Shown here: piece after piece, positions 23,078 to 33,054 of the stretch
How the letters are laid out: each line of letters opens with the position of its first letter
Numbering within the stretch: the first letter of the stretch is position 1
DNA from: an uncultured Actinomycetes bacterium
Lineage (GTDB): Bacteria; Actinomycetota; Acidimicrobiia; IMCC26256; JACDBD01
Assembly: GCA_963747195.1 (NCBI GenBank)
Contig: CAVVDV010000005.1
Span: forward strand, 193,125-257,124
Reading direction: 5' to 3'
DNA: 64,000 nucleotides
Made by a program: the position numbers and the translations under genes
The notes under the pieces: model-generated
Databases searched by the model: none
Seen by the model: only the letters and a program-made list of their open reading frames with translations
What the model was told of the DNA's origin: nothing

Positions 23078-23876
23078 CCGATCTTGAGTGTGGATGGCGA
23101 GGTAGTAGACGGCCGGGAGGCAGAACAGCATGCGCGTCGAAGCGGTCGAGGACTCCGCCGTGCCCGGGCAGGAGCGTCCCGAGGTCCTTGACGCCGAGGT
23201 CGCGCTTGATCATCGACTCGCACAGGTCGCCGAGCGGGGCGACGATCGCGACGACGAGACCGAGCGCGAGGCCGTCGCGTCACCTTGCCGTTCCACGGCG
23301 CGAGCGTCGTGCCGACGATCCCGCCGATCACGATCGGCCGCGACCATCCCGCCGAACAGGCCCTCCAGCGTCTTGTTCGGCGACAGGCGGGGCGACGATG
23401 CGGCTGCGTCCGAACTGCGAGCCGACGAAGTAGCCGAACACGTCGTAGCCGATCGCGCACAGCGCGACGCCGATGATCAAGCCGACGCCGTCGGGGGCGC
23501 TGAGCAGCAGGCCGGCGAACGCGCCGAAGACGCCGATGTACACGAACCCGAAGAGCGTGATCGCGATGTTGACGATCGGGCGGGCCTTGCACCACCTCGA
23601 ACAGGTACCAGAGCATCGTGAACGCGACGACGAGGACGACCACCAGCGGGAACGCGTCGATGCCCTGGCTGTAGGCGATGCCGCACGATCGACGACGCAT
23701 CCGAGGAGCCCGATCACCGTGGCGGGGTGGTAGCCGGCGCGGCGGAACGCCTCGTAGAGCTCGAAGGCGGCGGCGCCGACGATCACCGCCACCATGAACG
23801 TGGCCGGCCCGGTTCCGAGCTTGAGCATGATCAGGGCCACGACCGCGATCGCGATCCCGGTGAGCAGGCGAGTCAT
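23074..23876 (-). CDS. cdsA: Phosphatidate cytidylyltransferase (frame-disrupted)
   Basis: The hydrophobic N-terminus [18 protein letters not shown] and several TM segments are spread over three frames. The signature is [27 protein letters not shown]. It ends ...YYLAIH.LKIG with TGA at 23074. Confidence 0.85.
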
Positions 23877-24697
23877 GAGGTCGGCGCGGCGGCCCGTGCG
23901 CGCCGGTCGGGCCGGCGCGGCTCCGCTTCCTCGAGGGTGCCGGGGGCCGGCGTGCGCCGCGTCCGCCGGCGGCGGCCGTTGCCTCCGCGCCGGCGGGCTG
24001 CCACCTCGGCCTCGAAGGCGTCGTCGTCATCGCCTCGTCAGCGTCGGGAACGTCGCGTCACGCAGCGCGCCGAGGGCCAGGGAGTCGTCCTTGAGCAGCT
24101 CGGGGCTCGAGAAGTCGCCCTCGGCCCAGTCGCTGTCCTCGACCCGGTAGCGGGGCGACTGCCCGCTCGCCGACTTCCAGGGGTCGGCTCCTCGTCGGGC
24201 GCGGTGGCGCGGCTGCTCGCCGGAGACGACCGTCGGCACCTCGCCCGTCGGCGGCTCGGTCCAGTGCGGGAGGCGCACCGGGCCGCTCGCGTCCGGCGAG
24301 CGGCTCCGGCCGCCGGCCGCGACTCGGGCGGCGGCGTCGCGGTCTTCGGCACGACGCGCGGCGCGCTCGGCGCGGCGCGAGCGCGGCTCTGGACTCGGAC
24401 TCGGGCTCGGACTCGGCGTCGGGCTCGGACTCGGACTCCGTCAGACCTTGCGACGAAGCAGACCACGTCGGGTCCGCCTTCGAACTCGAAGTCGGTCGCG
24501 CGCTCGCCCCAGAACTCCTCGGAGTCGTCGACGGCGCGTCGACCGCGGCGTGGCACGGGTCGGGGCGTGGGCCGTGTCGACTCGTCGTCGTCGGGCCCGA
24601 GCACGCGCACGCCTTCGGCCTCACCGCGCGGCACTGCCTGCTCTTCGTCTTCGAAACTGAGCGGATCCCGCTCGTGGTCGTCGCGCCAGTCGGACAC
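23873..24697 (-). CDS. Highly charged low-complexity protein (acidic N-part, Arg-rich C-part); separate ORF or N-terminal extension of CdsA (frame-disrupted)
   Basis: The sequence begins MSDWRDDHERDPLSFEDEEQAVPRGEAEG...DDSEEFWGERATDFEFEGGPD and continues TESESEPDAESEPESES. Further on it reads LPHWTEPPTGEVPTVVSGEQP...VEDSDWAEGDFSSPELLKDDSLALGAL and DDDDAFEAEVAARRRGGNGRRRRTRRTP...APTS. The TGA overlaps the cdsA ATG. The text was pieced together from ORFs 24038..24697, 24058..24702, 24027..24278 and hand translation. Confidence 0.35.
24391..24439 (-). repeat. Imperfect GAGTCC/GAGCCC hexamer array encoding (S/P/D)-E dipeptide repeats
   Basis: The plus strand reads ggactcggactcgggctcggactcggcgtcgggctcggactcggactcc. 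On the minus strand this codes TESESEPDAESEPESES. Confidence 0.7.
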
Positions 24698-24847
24698 GGC
24701 ACCCCTTCCGGTCCGAGACCAGGCTAGACCCTTGCCCCCCCGGGGTCGTGTATCCCGGCGGCCGGCCGATCGCGGGTCGCCCGGCCGCTCGCCGCGGTCG
24801 CGGCCGCGTCGCCGACGCGCCGACCCGGGCTTGCCGACGGGCGACGA

Positions 24848-25429
24848 TCAGACCTCGAGCAGCTCCCGCTCCTTGTGGTCGAGCATGCTCGTCGATCTCC
24901 TCGACCGTCGTGTGCGTGATCTTCTCGAGGTCCTTCTCGGCCCGGTCGAGGTCGTTCTTCGAGAGGTCGCCGTCCTTCTCGAGCGCCTCGAGGTCGTGGC
25001 GCGTCTGCCGGCGGACGTTGCGCACCGCGACCCGCGCCTCCTCGGCCCGGTTCTTGACGACCTTCACGAGCTCCTTGCGCCGCTCCTCGGTGAGCTGCCG
25101 GGAACACCAGCCGGATGACCTGCCCGTCGTTGGACGGGTTGATCCCGAGGTCGCTCGCCTGGATCGCCTTCTCGATCGCCTTGATCGATCCCTTGTCGTA
25201 GGGAGAGATGACGAGGAGGCGCGGCTCGGGCACGCTGATGCCGGCGAGCTGCTGCAGCGGGACGCTCGGAGCCGTAGTAGTCGACCTTGAGCTTCTCGAC
25301 GAGGCCGGGCGTCGCGCGGCCGGTGCGGATCCCGCCGAACTCCTCTTGAAGGTGCGCGACGGCCTTGCGCATCTTGTCGCGGCACTCGTCGAACACGAGC
25401 GTGCGCATCTCGTCGCCGTTGTCAGCCAT
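24848..25429 (-). CDS. frr: Ribosome recycling factor (frame-disrupted)
   Basis: [93 protein letters not shown] and [29 protein letters not shown] across 25064..25429, 24724..25233 and 24621..25385. Confidence 0.9.
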
Positions 25430-25441
25430 CGCGCTCGCGCC

Positions 25442-26198
<757 letters not shown>

Positions 26199-26239
26199 CG
26201 CGTCTCCCTACGCTTTCTCTCGGCGGCCGGACCCGTGGC

Positions 26240-27092
26240 CTATTCCTCGCCGACCTTGACCCGAACGAACCGGCGGACGGTGGCATCCTTGCCGAGCTCG
26301 CCTACCAGCTTGCCGACGGTGGTCTTCGGGTCACGGACGAAGGGCTGCTCGAGGAGGACCGTGTCCTTGTAGAAGCCGTTCAGCCGACCCTCGACGATCT
26401 TCGGGAGCGCCTGCTCGGGCTTGCCCTCGTTGCGGGTGAGCTCCTCGAGCACCGCCCGCTCCTTCTCGACGACGTCGGCCGGGACGTCGTCGCGCGTGAC
26501 GTACTGCGGCGCCGCCGACGCGATGTGCAGCGCGACGTCGTGCGCGACCTCCTGGGCGCTGCGCGTCGGACGGGTCGACGCCGCCGAGCTCGACGAGGAC
26601 GCCGATGGTCCCGCGCTCGTTCTGGACGTGCTTGTAGCCGTCGAGCGATGCCGTCGGCGGTCTCGATACGCGACGACACGACCGAGCCCGACGTTCTCGC
26701 CGAGCTTGGCGCCGAGCTGCGTGACCGTGCTCGCCGACCGTCCCGCCCTCGTAGGCGCGGCTCTCGAGATCGTCGTCGCCTTGTTCGGCGACGAGCTTCG
26801 CGAGCGCGGCGACCATGGCCCGGAAGTCGGCGCCCTTGGCGACGAAGTCGGTCTCGCAGTTCAGCTCGACGATCGCGCCCACGCTGCCCTCGACGATCAC
26901 GTCGACGGCGCCGTCCTGTCGCGTCCCGCCCGGCGCGCTTGGCGGCGCCGGCCAGGCCCTTGGTGCGCAGCCAGTCCTTGGCCGCCTCGATGTCGCCGCC
27001 CGTCTCTCTGGAGCGCCTTCTTGCAGTCCATCATCCCGGCGCCGGTCTGCCTTGCGCAGCGCGGCGACGTCCTTGGCCGAGATCTCAGCCAT
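26240..27092 (-). CDS. tsf: Elongation factor Ts (frame-disrupted)
   Basis: [14 protein letters not shown] (ATG 27092), [16 protein letters not shown], and the C-terminal piece 26240..26452 ([24 protein letters not shown]). Confidence 0.9.
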
Positions 27093-28049
27093 TGCTCGCC
27101 GCCTCCGCTCTCGGTCGTGGCCTCGACGGCCTCCGCTTCGGCGGGCGGGCTCTCGGACGCCGCCGTCGCCCGTCGTGTCCGGGGGCGGCGGCGGCGGCTT
27201 CGCGCTTCGCGTCGCGGCAGACGCGCCTCGCGCTCGCTCCTGCGCCTTGGCGGCTTCGCCGCGGGCGCGGCGCTGCTCGTCGGCCTTGCGGCGCTCCTCC
27301 TCGGGATCGGGCGGCGGTGCTTGCTCCTCGGCCTTGGCCGCGGGCTTCCCGCCCTTCTTCTGGGCGAGGACGCGGCCTTCCTCGACGGCGTCGGCGACGA
27401 CGCGGCACATGAGGTTGGCGGAGCGGATGGCGTCGTCGTTGCCGGGGATGACGTAGTCGATGACGTCGGGGTCGCAGTTGGTGTCGACCACGGCGACGAC
27501 CGGGATGCCGAGGCGGTTGGCCTCGGTCACCGCGATGTGCTCCTTCTTGGTGTCGATCACGAAGATCGCGTTCGGCAGCTTCTCGAGGTTGCGGATGCCG
27601 CCGAGGTTGCGCTCGAGCTTGGTGAGCTCGCGCGTGACCTTCAGCCCTTCCTTCTTGGGCATCTGCGTCGGTCTCGCCCGACTGGACGAGCCGCTCCAGC
27701 TCGCGCAGCTTCGCGACACGCGCGCGTGGACGGTCTGGAAGTTCGTGAGCATCCCGCCGAGCCAGCGGTAGTTGACGTACGGCATGCCGCTGCGCTGGGC
27801 CTGGTCCTGGATCGGCTCCTGGGCCTGCTTCTTCGTGCCGACGAACAGGACCGTCCCGCCGTCCTCGACGGTGCCGCGGATGAACCGGTAGGCGGCGTCG
27901 ATCCGCTCGAGGGTCTGCTGCAGGTCGATGATGTAGATGCCGTTGCGCTCGCCGAAGATGAACCGGCGCATCTTCGGGTTCCAACGGCGCGTCTGGTGGC
28001 CGAAATGGACGCCGGCCTCCAGCAGCTGCTTCATGGTGACGACAGCCAC
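27085..28049 (-). CDS. rpsB: 30S ribosomal protein S2 with charged C-terminal extension (compensated frame-change pair near 27716/27662; 3' end uncertain)
   Basis: [50 protein letters not shown] and [14 protein letters not shown]. In the listed 572-aa ORF (26331..28049) it runs without a stop into tsf, which I treat as an artefact. Confidence 0.9.
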
Positions 28050-28074
28050 GGGGTCTCTCCTCGGTTGTACCTCC

Positions 28075-28122
28075 GCCCGCCGCGCCCGTCCCTGAGGACG
28101 GACGACCGTGGGTGGCGGGCGT
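28075..28122 (-). other. Nested GC-rich hairpin in the spacer between the propeller-lipoprotein stop and the rpsB start
   Basis: Outer stem cgcccgcc/ggcgggcg (8 bp) and inner stem ccgtcc/ggacgg (6 bp, 4-nt loop). There is no U-tract. It ends 26 nt upstream of the rpsB GTG, which has an AGGAGAG Shine-Dalgarno. Confidence 0.35.
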
Positions 28123-28164
28123 GCGAATTCTCGGACCGGAGCCCGAGTTGCTCATCAGTGTAGG

Positions 28165-29279
28165 TCAGGGCATCGCAATGGCCTCCACCCGGTCGGGCCG
28201 AGCGAGACGCACGGCGAAGATCAGCCGACCGGCGCTCGTGCCGACCCCGACCGGGAACCCAGCAGGGTCGACGCGCCGGACGACCCGGCCCGAGTCCCGA
28301 TCGACGACCACCACCTTGCCGCCGTACGTCCTGATGACGACGGTATGTGCGCCGAGCACCACCCGCGTGTCGAGGATCGGCTCGCGGATTGCGGTCTGCC
28401 ACCTCGTCGTGCCCGCATGTACGTCGACGAGCGTGACCGTCCCGAAGTGGTCGGACACGACGACGTCGCCGCCGGCGGCGCCGGGTGTGACGCCCGACTC
28501 GAACGACGCGGGCGCCGGCACGGACCAGCGTTCGGCGCCGGAGGCGAGGTCGCGGGCGACGACGCGTGCCGCGAAGTTGCCGTTCCCCTCGCCCAGCACG
28601 ACCAGGCCGTCGTGGATCACCGGCGCAGTCGCTCCCGCCTCGACGCCCGACTCCCATCGCACGGCCCCGGTCGCGAGGTCGAAGACGCGCAGAGCGGTTC
28701 ACGGCTTCGCCTGCGGCGCCGGCCCAGAGCACGGCGCCCACGGCGTCGGTCTCGGCCCCGCCGGCGGCGGGTGCGGCCCAGATGTCGCCGGGCAGCTGCA
28801 CCGACCAACGGGCCTGGCCCGTGCGGCCGTCGAGGGCGGCGACCAGGCCGCGCTCGGTGGTCACGAGCGCGATCGGCTCGGAGCCCACCCGGGTGAGCAC
28901 CGCGCCGCCGGCGTGCTCGCCGACGGGCGCCTCCCACCGCCGCGCGCCGGACGCGCGCGGTGAGTGCGATGAACCGGTCGTCCGCGCTCACCAGCACGGT
29001 GTGACCGTCGAGCGCGGGTTCGTAGTGGGTCACGCGCGTCACGTCGGTGCGCCACCGCTCGCGTCCGGTCGCGCCGTCGAGGGCCACGACCCGATTGCCG
29101 CTGACGGTGACGACGGCGTCGCGCCCGCGGACCGCGAGCGAGAACGGCCAGCCGACCTCCGTCGACCACGCCCGCCCGCGTCGGGAACCGCCCGCGCTCC
29201 CGTTGCCCGATCCGGCCTGCGCGCAACCGGCGACGGCAACGACCACCGTCGCCGCAGCGAGAACACGCCGGGCGCTCAT
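28165..29279 (-). CDS. PQQ-like beta-propeller repeat lipoprotein (frame-disrupted)
   Basis: [19 protein letters not shown] (lipobox). Recurrent blade motifs are VVALDGATGRERWRT, VAALDGRTGQARWSV, ARDLASGAERWSV, VDVHAGTTRWQT and VVVDRDSGRVV. Pieces 28617..29585, 28031..28900 and 28165..28662. The ATG overlaps the stop of the upstream gene. Confidence 0.75.
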
Positions 29280-31057
29280 CTCGATACCACCGGCAACTCG
29301 CCGAGGCCGTGCTCGACCCGCGTGATCAGGGTGGGGACCACGACGCCGCGCAGCCCTTCGACGACGCCGACGCACGGCGGCGCCCGCCCCTCGAGCGCGG
29401 CGCGCACGACGCGGAGGGCGCCCGGGTCGCGCGGGATGTTCGTGTGGTCGTCGAGCGGTCCGCCGCCGACGTCGACGAGGACCTTCGTCGCGTCGGGCAC
29501 GTCGACCTGCGTTGCCGGCACGAGCACGTCGTCGCTCGCGCCGATCGTCGTGAAATCGACGTGCTCGGGCAGGCGGTCGTCCCACAGGTCGCGGAGGAAG
29601 CGTGAGTGCTCATCGAGCTGGCGGACCGACGGCGCCGACGACGACGGCGCGACCGGCAGACGCTCCTCCGCCGCTTCGACCAGCGGCCGCCCGACGGGAC
29701 TCGCACGCCAATCGGCGGCTGCGGTCGCCAGCGGGGCGCCCTCGTGCGGGGACGACAGCGTCACGACCGTCCCGATGGGCGGGTACGCGGGATCGGCGGC
29801 GTCGTAGTAGTCCTGCAGGAAGACGTCGACGACGACTCCACCTTGCGAGTGCGCGATGAGGTCGACCTCGCGGCCCGGGTGCTCGCGCTGGGCCTCCTTC
29901 AGCTGTTCGGCCAGACGGAGGCCGGCTCGCTGCAGATCGCCGTGCGTCTGCGGGGCGCGGTACGCACCGCCGTCGGGCGCGTAGGAGAAGTACCGGACCT
30001 CGTCGTCGCGGTAGCCGAGGGCGTGGGTGTCGAGGCCGAACGTCGGCTCGCCGGGCGCGCCCGCGGTGTCGATGCCACCCACGGCCATGAGGAGGTGGCC
30101 GGATCCTCCGGTGCCGTCGGCGGCGGTGGCACCGTCGGAGCACTCCTGGCGGTGGCGCCACCAGTCGGCAGTACCGGCGGCGATGTCCGCCGCGACCGAC
30201 GCGACGATCCCCGCCGGCGTGTGCCCGACCGCCGTGCTCGCGACGGCCACCAGCCCGCGCCCGGCCCGGGCGCCGACCCCCGCGACCGTGCGAGCGCCGC
30301 CCGCTGCCGCTCCGGCCGCGCCGCTCATGGCGTCCCATCCGCTCCGCCCCGCGTCGACGGCAGCACCGGTGGCATCGCCGAGTGCGCCGGCGAGGTCGCC
30401 GGCGACGGATGCGACGCCCGACCCGCCTGAGGTCAGCGACCCGGACGCCACGCGCCGGGCGTCCCAGGGCTCGGCCGGCACCTCGTCGGCCGGGATGAGC
30501 CTGACCAGCTGCGTGAGATCGCACGCCGCGAAGAGACGCTGCGGGTCGACGTACCGGTCGCCGAGACGGACGCCGAAATGGAGCCCGCCTGCCTCGTGCT
30601 GGGGTCCGGTGCCGCCGGCGGTGCCGACGACCTGGCCGCGCGCGACGCGGTCCCCCGCGCCCACGCTGATGCCGGCGAGGAAGGCGTACGTCGTGCGGAG
30701 GTTGCCGTCGTGCGCGACGACGACGTGCAAGGATCCGGCGACCGACCCCGCGAACGCAACCACGCCGTCGCCCGACGCCCGCACGGGCGTGCCCGCCGCT
30801 GCCGCGAAGTCGATGCCGCGATGGCCGGGTCCGTACGCGAACGCCGGCGCTTGGAAGGCCCGCACGACCGGCCCGTCGACAGGCGGCATCCACGCACCGC
30901 AGCCGCCGGGCTCCGCGGGCGCGGCGGCCGCCGCGCTCGTGTCGCGCCCGACGAGCAACGGCGACGCGGCGAGACAGACGACCAGGCAGACCAGCGCCTC
31001 GCGGCGCGGTGGTACGAGGTGCATGGGCGCTCCCGTGGGTCGAGCACGACACGACAC
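29276..31057 (-). CDS. M23 metallopeptidase fused to a C-terminal alpha/beta-hydrolase (lipase/esterase-like) domain
   Basis: Unbroken 593-codon ORF; the start is more likely the internal ATG at 31024 ([21 protein letters not shown]). M23 motifs are PGHRGIDF and GGLHFGVR, followed by a Gly/Ala-rich linker. The hydrolase part has the LIAHSQGG nucleophile elbow, GASDDVLVP and DDHTNI. Confidence 0.8.
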   Translation of the reverse strand: MSCRARPTGAPMHLVPPRREALVCLVVCLAASPLLVGRDTSAAAAAPAEPGGCGAWMPPVDGPVVRAFQAPAFAYGPGHRGIDFAAAAGTPVRASGDGVVAFAGSVAGSLHVVVAHDGNLRTTYAFLAGISVGAGDRVARGQVVGTAGGTGPQHEAGGLHFGVRLGDRYVDPQRLFAACDLTQLVRLIPADEVPAEPWDARRVASGSLTSGGSGVASVAGDLAGALGDATGAAVDAGRSGWDAMSGAAGAAAGGARTVAGVGARAGRGLVAVASTAVGHTPAGIVASVAADIAAGTADWWRHRQECSDGATAADGTGGSGHLLMAVGGIDTAGAPGEPTFGLDTHALGYRDDEVRYFSYAPDGGAYRAPQTHGDLQRAGLRLAEQLKEAQREHPGREVDLIAHSQGGVVVDVFLQDYYDAADPAYPPIGTVVTLSSPHEGAPLATAAADWRASPVGRPLVEAAEERLPVAPSSSAPSVRQLDEHSRFLRDLWDDRLPEHVDFTTIGASDDVLVPATQVDVPDATKVLVDVGGGPLDDHTNIPRDPGALRVVRAALEGRAPPCVGVVEGLRGVVVPTLITRVEHGLGELPVVSR

Positions 31058-31176
31058 GGGGAAGCGCCGGGGAAGGCGTCACGGAGCGGTGCTCGACGTG
31101 ACGACTGGGATCGTACCGGCCGGCTACGACACTGAAAAGGCCCACGGCGGAGCCTGCGACGGCGACAGAACGGGCG

Positions 31177-31979
31177 TCAGCGAACCCGGCCGCCCTCGTG
31201 CTCGCCGAGCCGGCCGCGAAGCTGGAGGATCGCCTTGGTGTGGATCTGGCAGACGCGGCTCTCGGTGACGCCGAGCACGTCGCCGATCTCGGCGAGCGTG
31301 AGGCCCTCGTAGTAGTAGAGCGTGAGCACGAGCCGTTCGCGGTCGGGCATGCGGTTGATCGCGTCGGCGAGGAGCGTGCTTCATCTCGTCGACCTCGAAC
31401 GCCTCGACCGGGTCGTGGCGACGATCGGCGACCGTGTCGCCGACGGTCGCCTGACCCGCCGTCGCTCTCCGCCGGCGGCCAGCAGCTCGTCGAGCGCGAC
31501 GAGGCCGACGAACGAGATCTGCGAGAGCGCTCTGCGTCGAGCTCGCGCTCGGTCATGCCCGAGCTCGTGCGGCGACCTCGGCGTCGTCGGGCGTGCGCCG
31601 CAGCTCGTTCTCGAGCTTCGAGTACGCCCGCTCGATGGCACGCGCCTTGGCCCGGACCGAGCGCGGCACCCAGTCGATCGAGCGGAGCTCGTCGATGATC
31701 GCGCCCTTGATCGCGCGAGATCGCGTAGGTCTCGAACTTGAAGCCGCGCGCCGGATCGAACTTGTCGATCGCGTCGATGAGCCCGAAGATCCCGTAGCTC
31801 ACGAGGTCGGCCTGCTCGATGCTCTGCGGCAGACCGGCCGCGACACGTCCGGCGACGAACTTCACCAGCGGCGAGTAGTGGAGGATCAGGCGCTCGCGCG
31901 CCTCGGACGTGTCGTGCTCCTTGTACTCGCGCCACAGCTCGGCGACCGGCGTCGTCGGCTGGTGGCTCGGTTCAGGCAC
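31177..31979 (-). CDS. whiG: FliA/WhiG-family RNA polymerase sigma factor (frame-disrupted)
   Basis: [28 protein letters not shown], region 2 [29 protein letters not shown], and region 4 read by hand as [29 protein letters not shown]. The position between xerC and the rpsB-proximal M23 gene matches Streptomyces whiG. The start (GTG 31979) is uncertain. Confidence 0.75.
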
Positions 31980-32926
31980 GGGGATGCGTCGCGTCGTAGA
32001 CGGCTCGGAGGCGGTCGCGGGTGAGGTGGGTGTAGATCTGGGTCGTCGCGAGGTCGGCGTGGCCGAGCAGCTCCTGCACGGCCCGGAGGTCGGCGCCGCC
32101 CTCGAGCAGGTGCGTCGCGTACGCGTGGCGGAGCGCGTGCGGGTGCAGCGTCCGGCCGTCGGGCAGCGGATGGCGCGGCGACGATGCGGCGCGCGTCGCG
32201 GGTCGTGAGCGCCGGCCCCGGCGCGTTGAGGAACACCGCGTCGGGCGGTGTCGGCTCGGTCACGAGCTCGGCTCGCCCGTGCGCGAGGTATCCGCGCACG
32301 GCGGCCGTGGCCGGCTCGCCGAGCGGGCACGCGGCGCATCCTTCGAGCCCTTGCCGAGCACCGTGAGGAGCCCGCGGTCCGTGTCGACCGACTCGCAGCG
32401 TGAGCCCGCAGCACTCGCTGACCCGCAGGCCCGCGCCGTAGAGCACCTCGAGCACGGCGAGGTCCCGCCACGCCGTCGCCGCGCCCGCGGCGTCGTCGTC
32501 CTCGAGCTCGGCGGCGGAGCGCGGCATCGAGCAGGGCGCCGGCTTCCGCCTGCCGCGGCACGCGGGGCAGGCGCGCCGTCGCCCTTCGGCGTGCGCAGCG
32601 ACCGGCCCGGATCGGTCGCGATCACGCCGTGGCGGTGGAGGTACCGGAGGTAGGCCCGCAGCGCCGCGGCCTTGCGGGCGATCGACCGGCGCGCGAACCG
32701 ACGCGTCGTCGAGGTACGCGAGGTAGCGACGCAGCGTGGTGTGGTCGAGCTGGTCGGGGGACGCGGCAGCCGCCGCGCTCGGCCCACGCGACGAACTGCC
32801 GCACGTCGTGCGCGTAGGCCTCAGCCGTGTGCCGCTCGCTCCTGCCAGGGAAGCGACGAATCCGTCGACCGCCCAGCTCACACCGCACCTCGGACTTCTC
32901 CCCAACCCGCCGCATGACGTTACCAA
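31972..32926 (-). CDS. xerC: Tyrosine recombinase XerC/XerD family (frame-disrupted)
   Basis: N-terminal [19 protein letters not shown], and the C-terminal catalytic region read by hand as [40 protein letters not shown]...[11 protein letters not shown]. The start (ATG 32926 or an internal GTG) is uncertain. Confidence 0.85.
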
Positions 32927-33054
32927 CCGTCATGGCACGGCCCGCGCCAAACGCGATCGGGCGTAGGCGTCATATGCCCGCGGTACCGTGCTCGTGCCGT
33001 CGAGGTCGCCGCGGTCACGGCCCTCCTCCACCACGTCTCGTCTGGAGGTCCGCC

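Noticed and set aside
26331-28049. Apparent fusion proteins in the ORF track: rpsB-tsf (572 aa), rpsP-KH protein (40136..40924) and rimM-trmD (38902..40128).
   Set aside because: In each case the junction is Arg-rich wrong-frame text, or the natural stop lies in a neighbouring frame. They are explained by indels plus the scarcity of stop codons in GC-rich sequence, not by real fusions.
31058-31176. A ydaO-type cyclic-di-AMP riboswitch upstream of the M23 hydrolase gene.
   Set aside because: The context is suggestive, but I could not match the conserved ydaO core from memory and the spacer is short. It is left as a generic alternative-structure leader that needs a covariance-model scan.
31972-32926. 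The tyrosine recombinase as a marker of an integrated mobile element or prophage.
   Set aside because: It has XerC/XerD-type catalytic text and sits in the conserved actinobacterial xerC position between whiG and comM/dprA. There is no tRNA, no att-like direct repeats, and no phage or transposase genes nearby.
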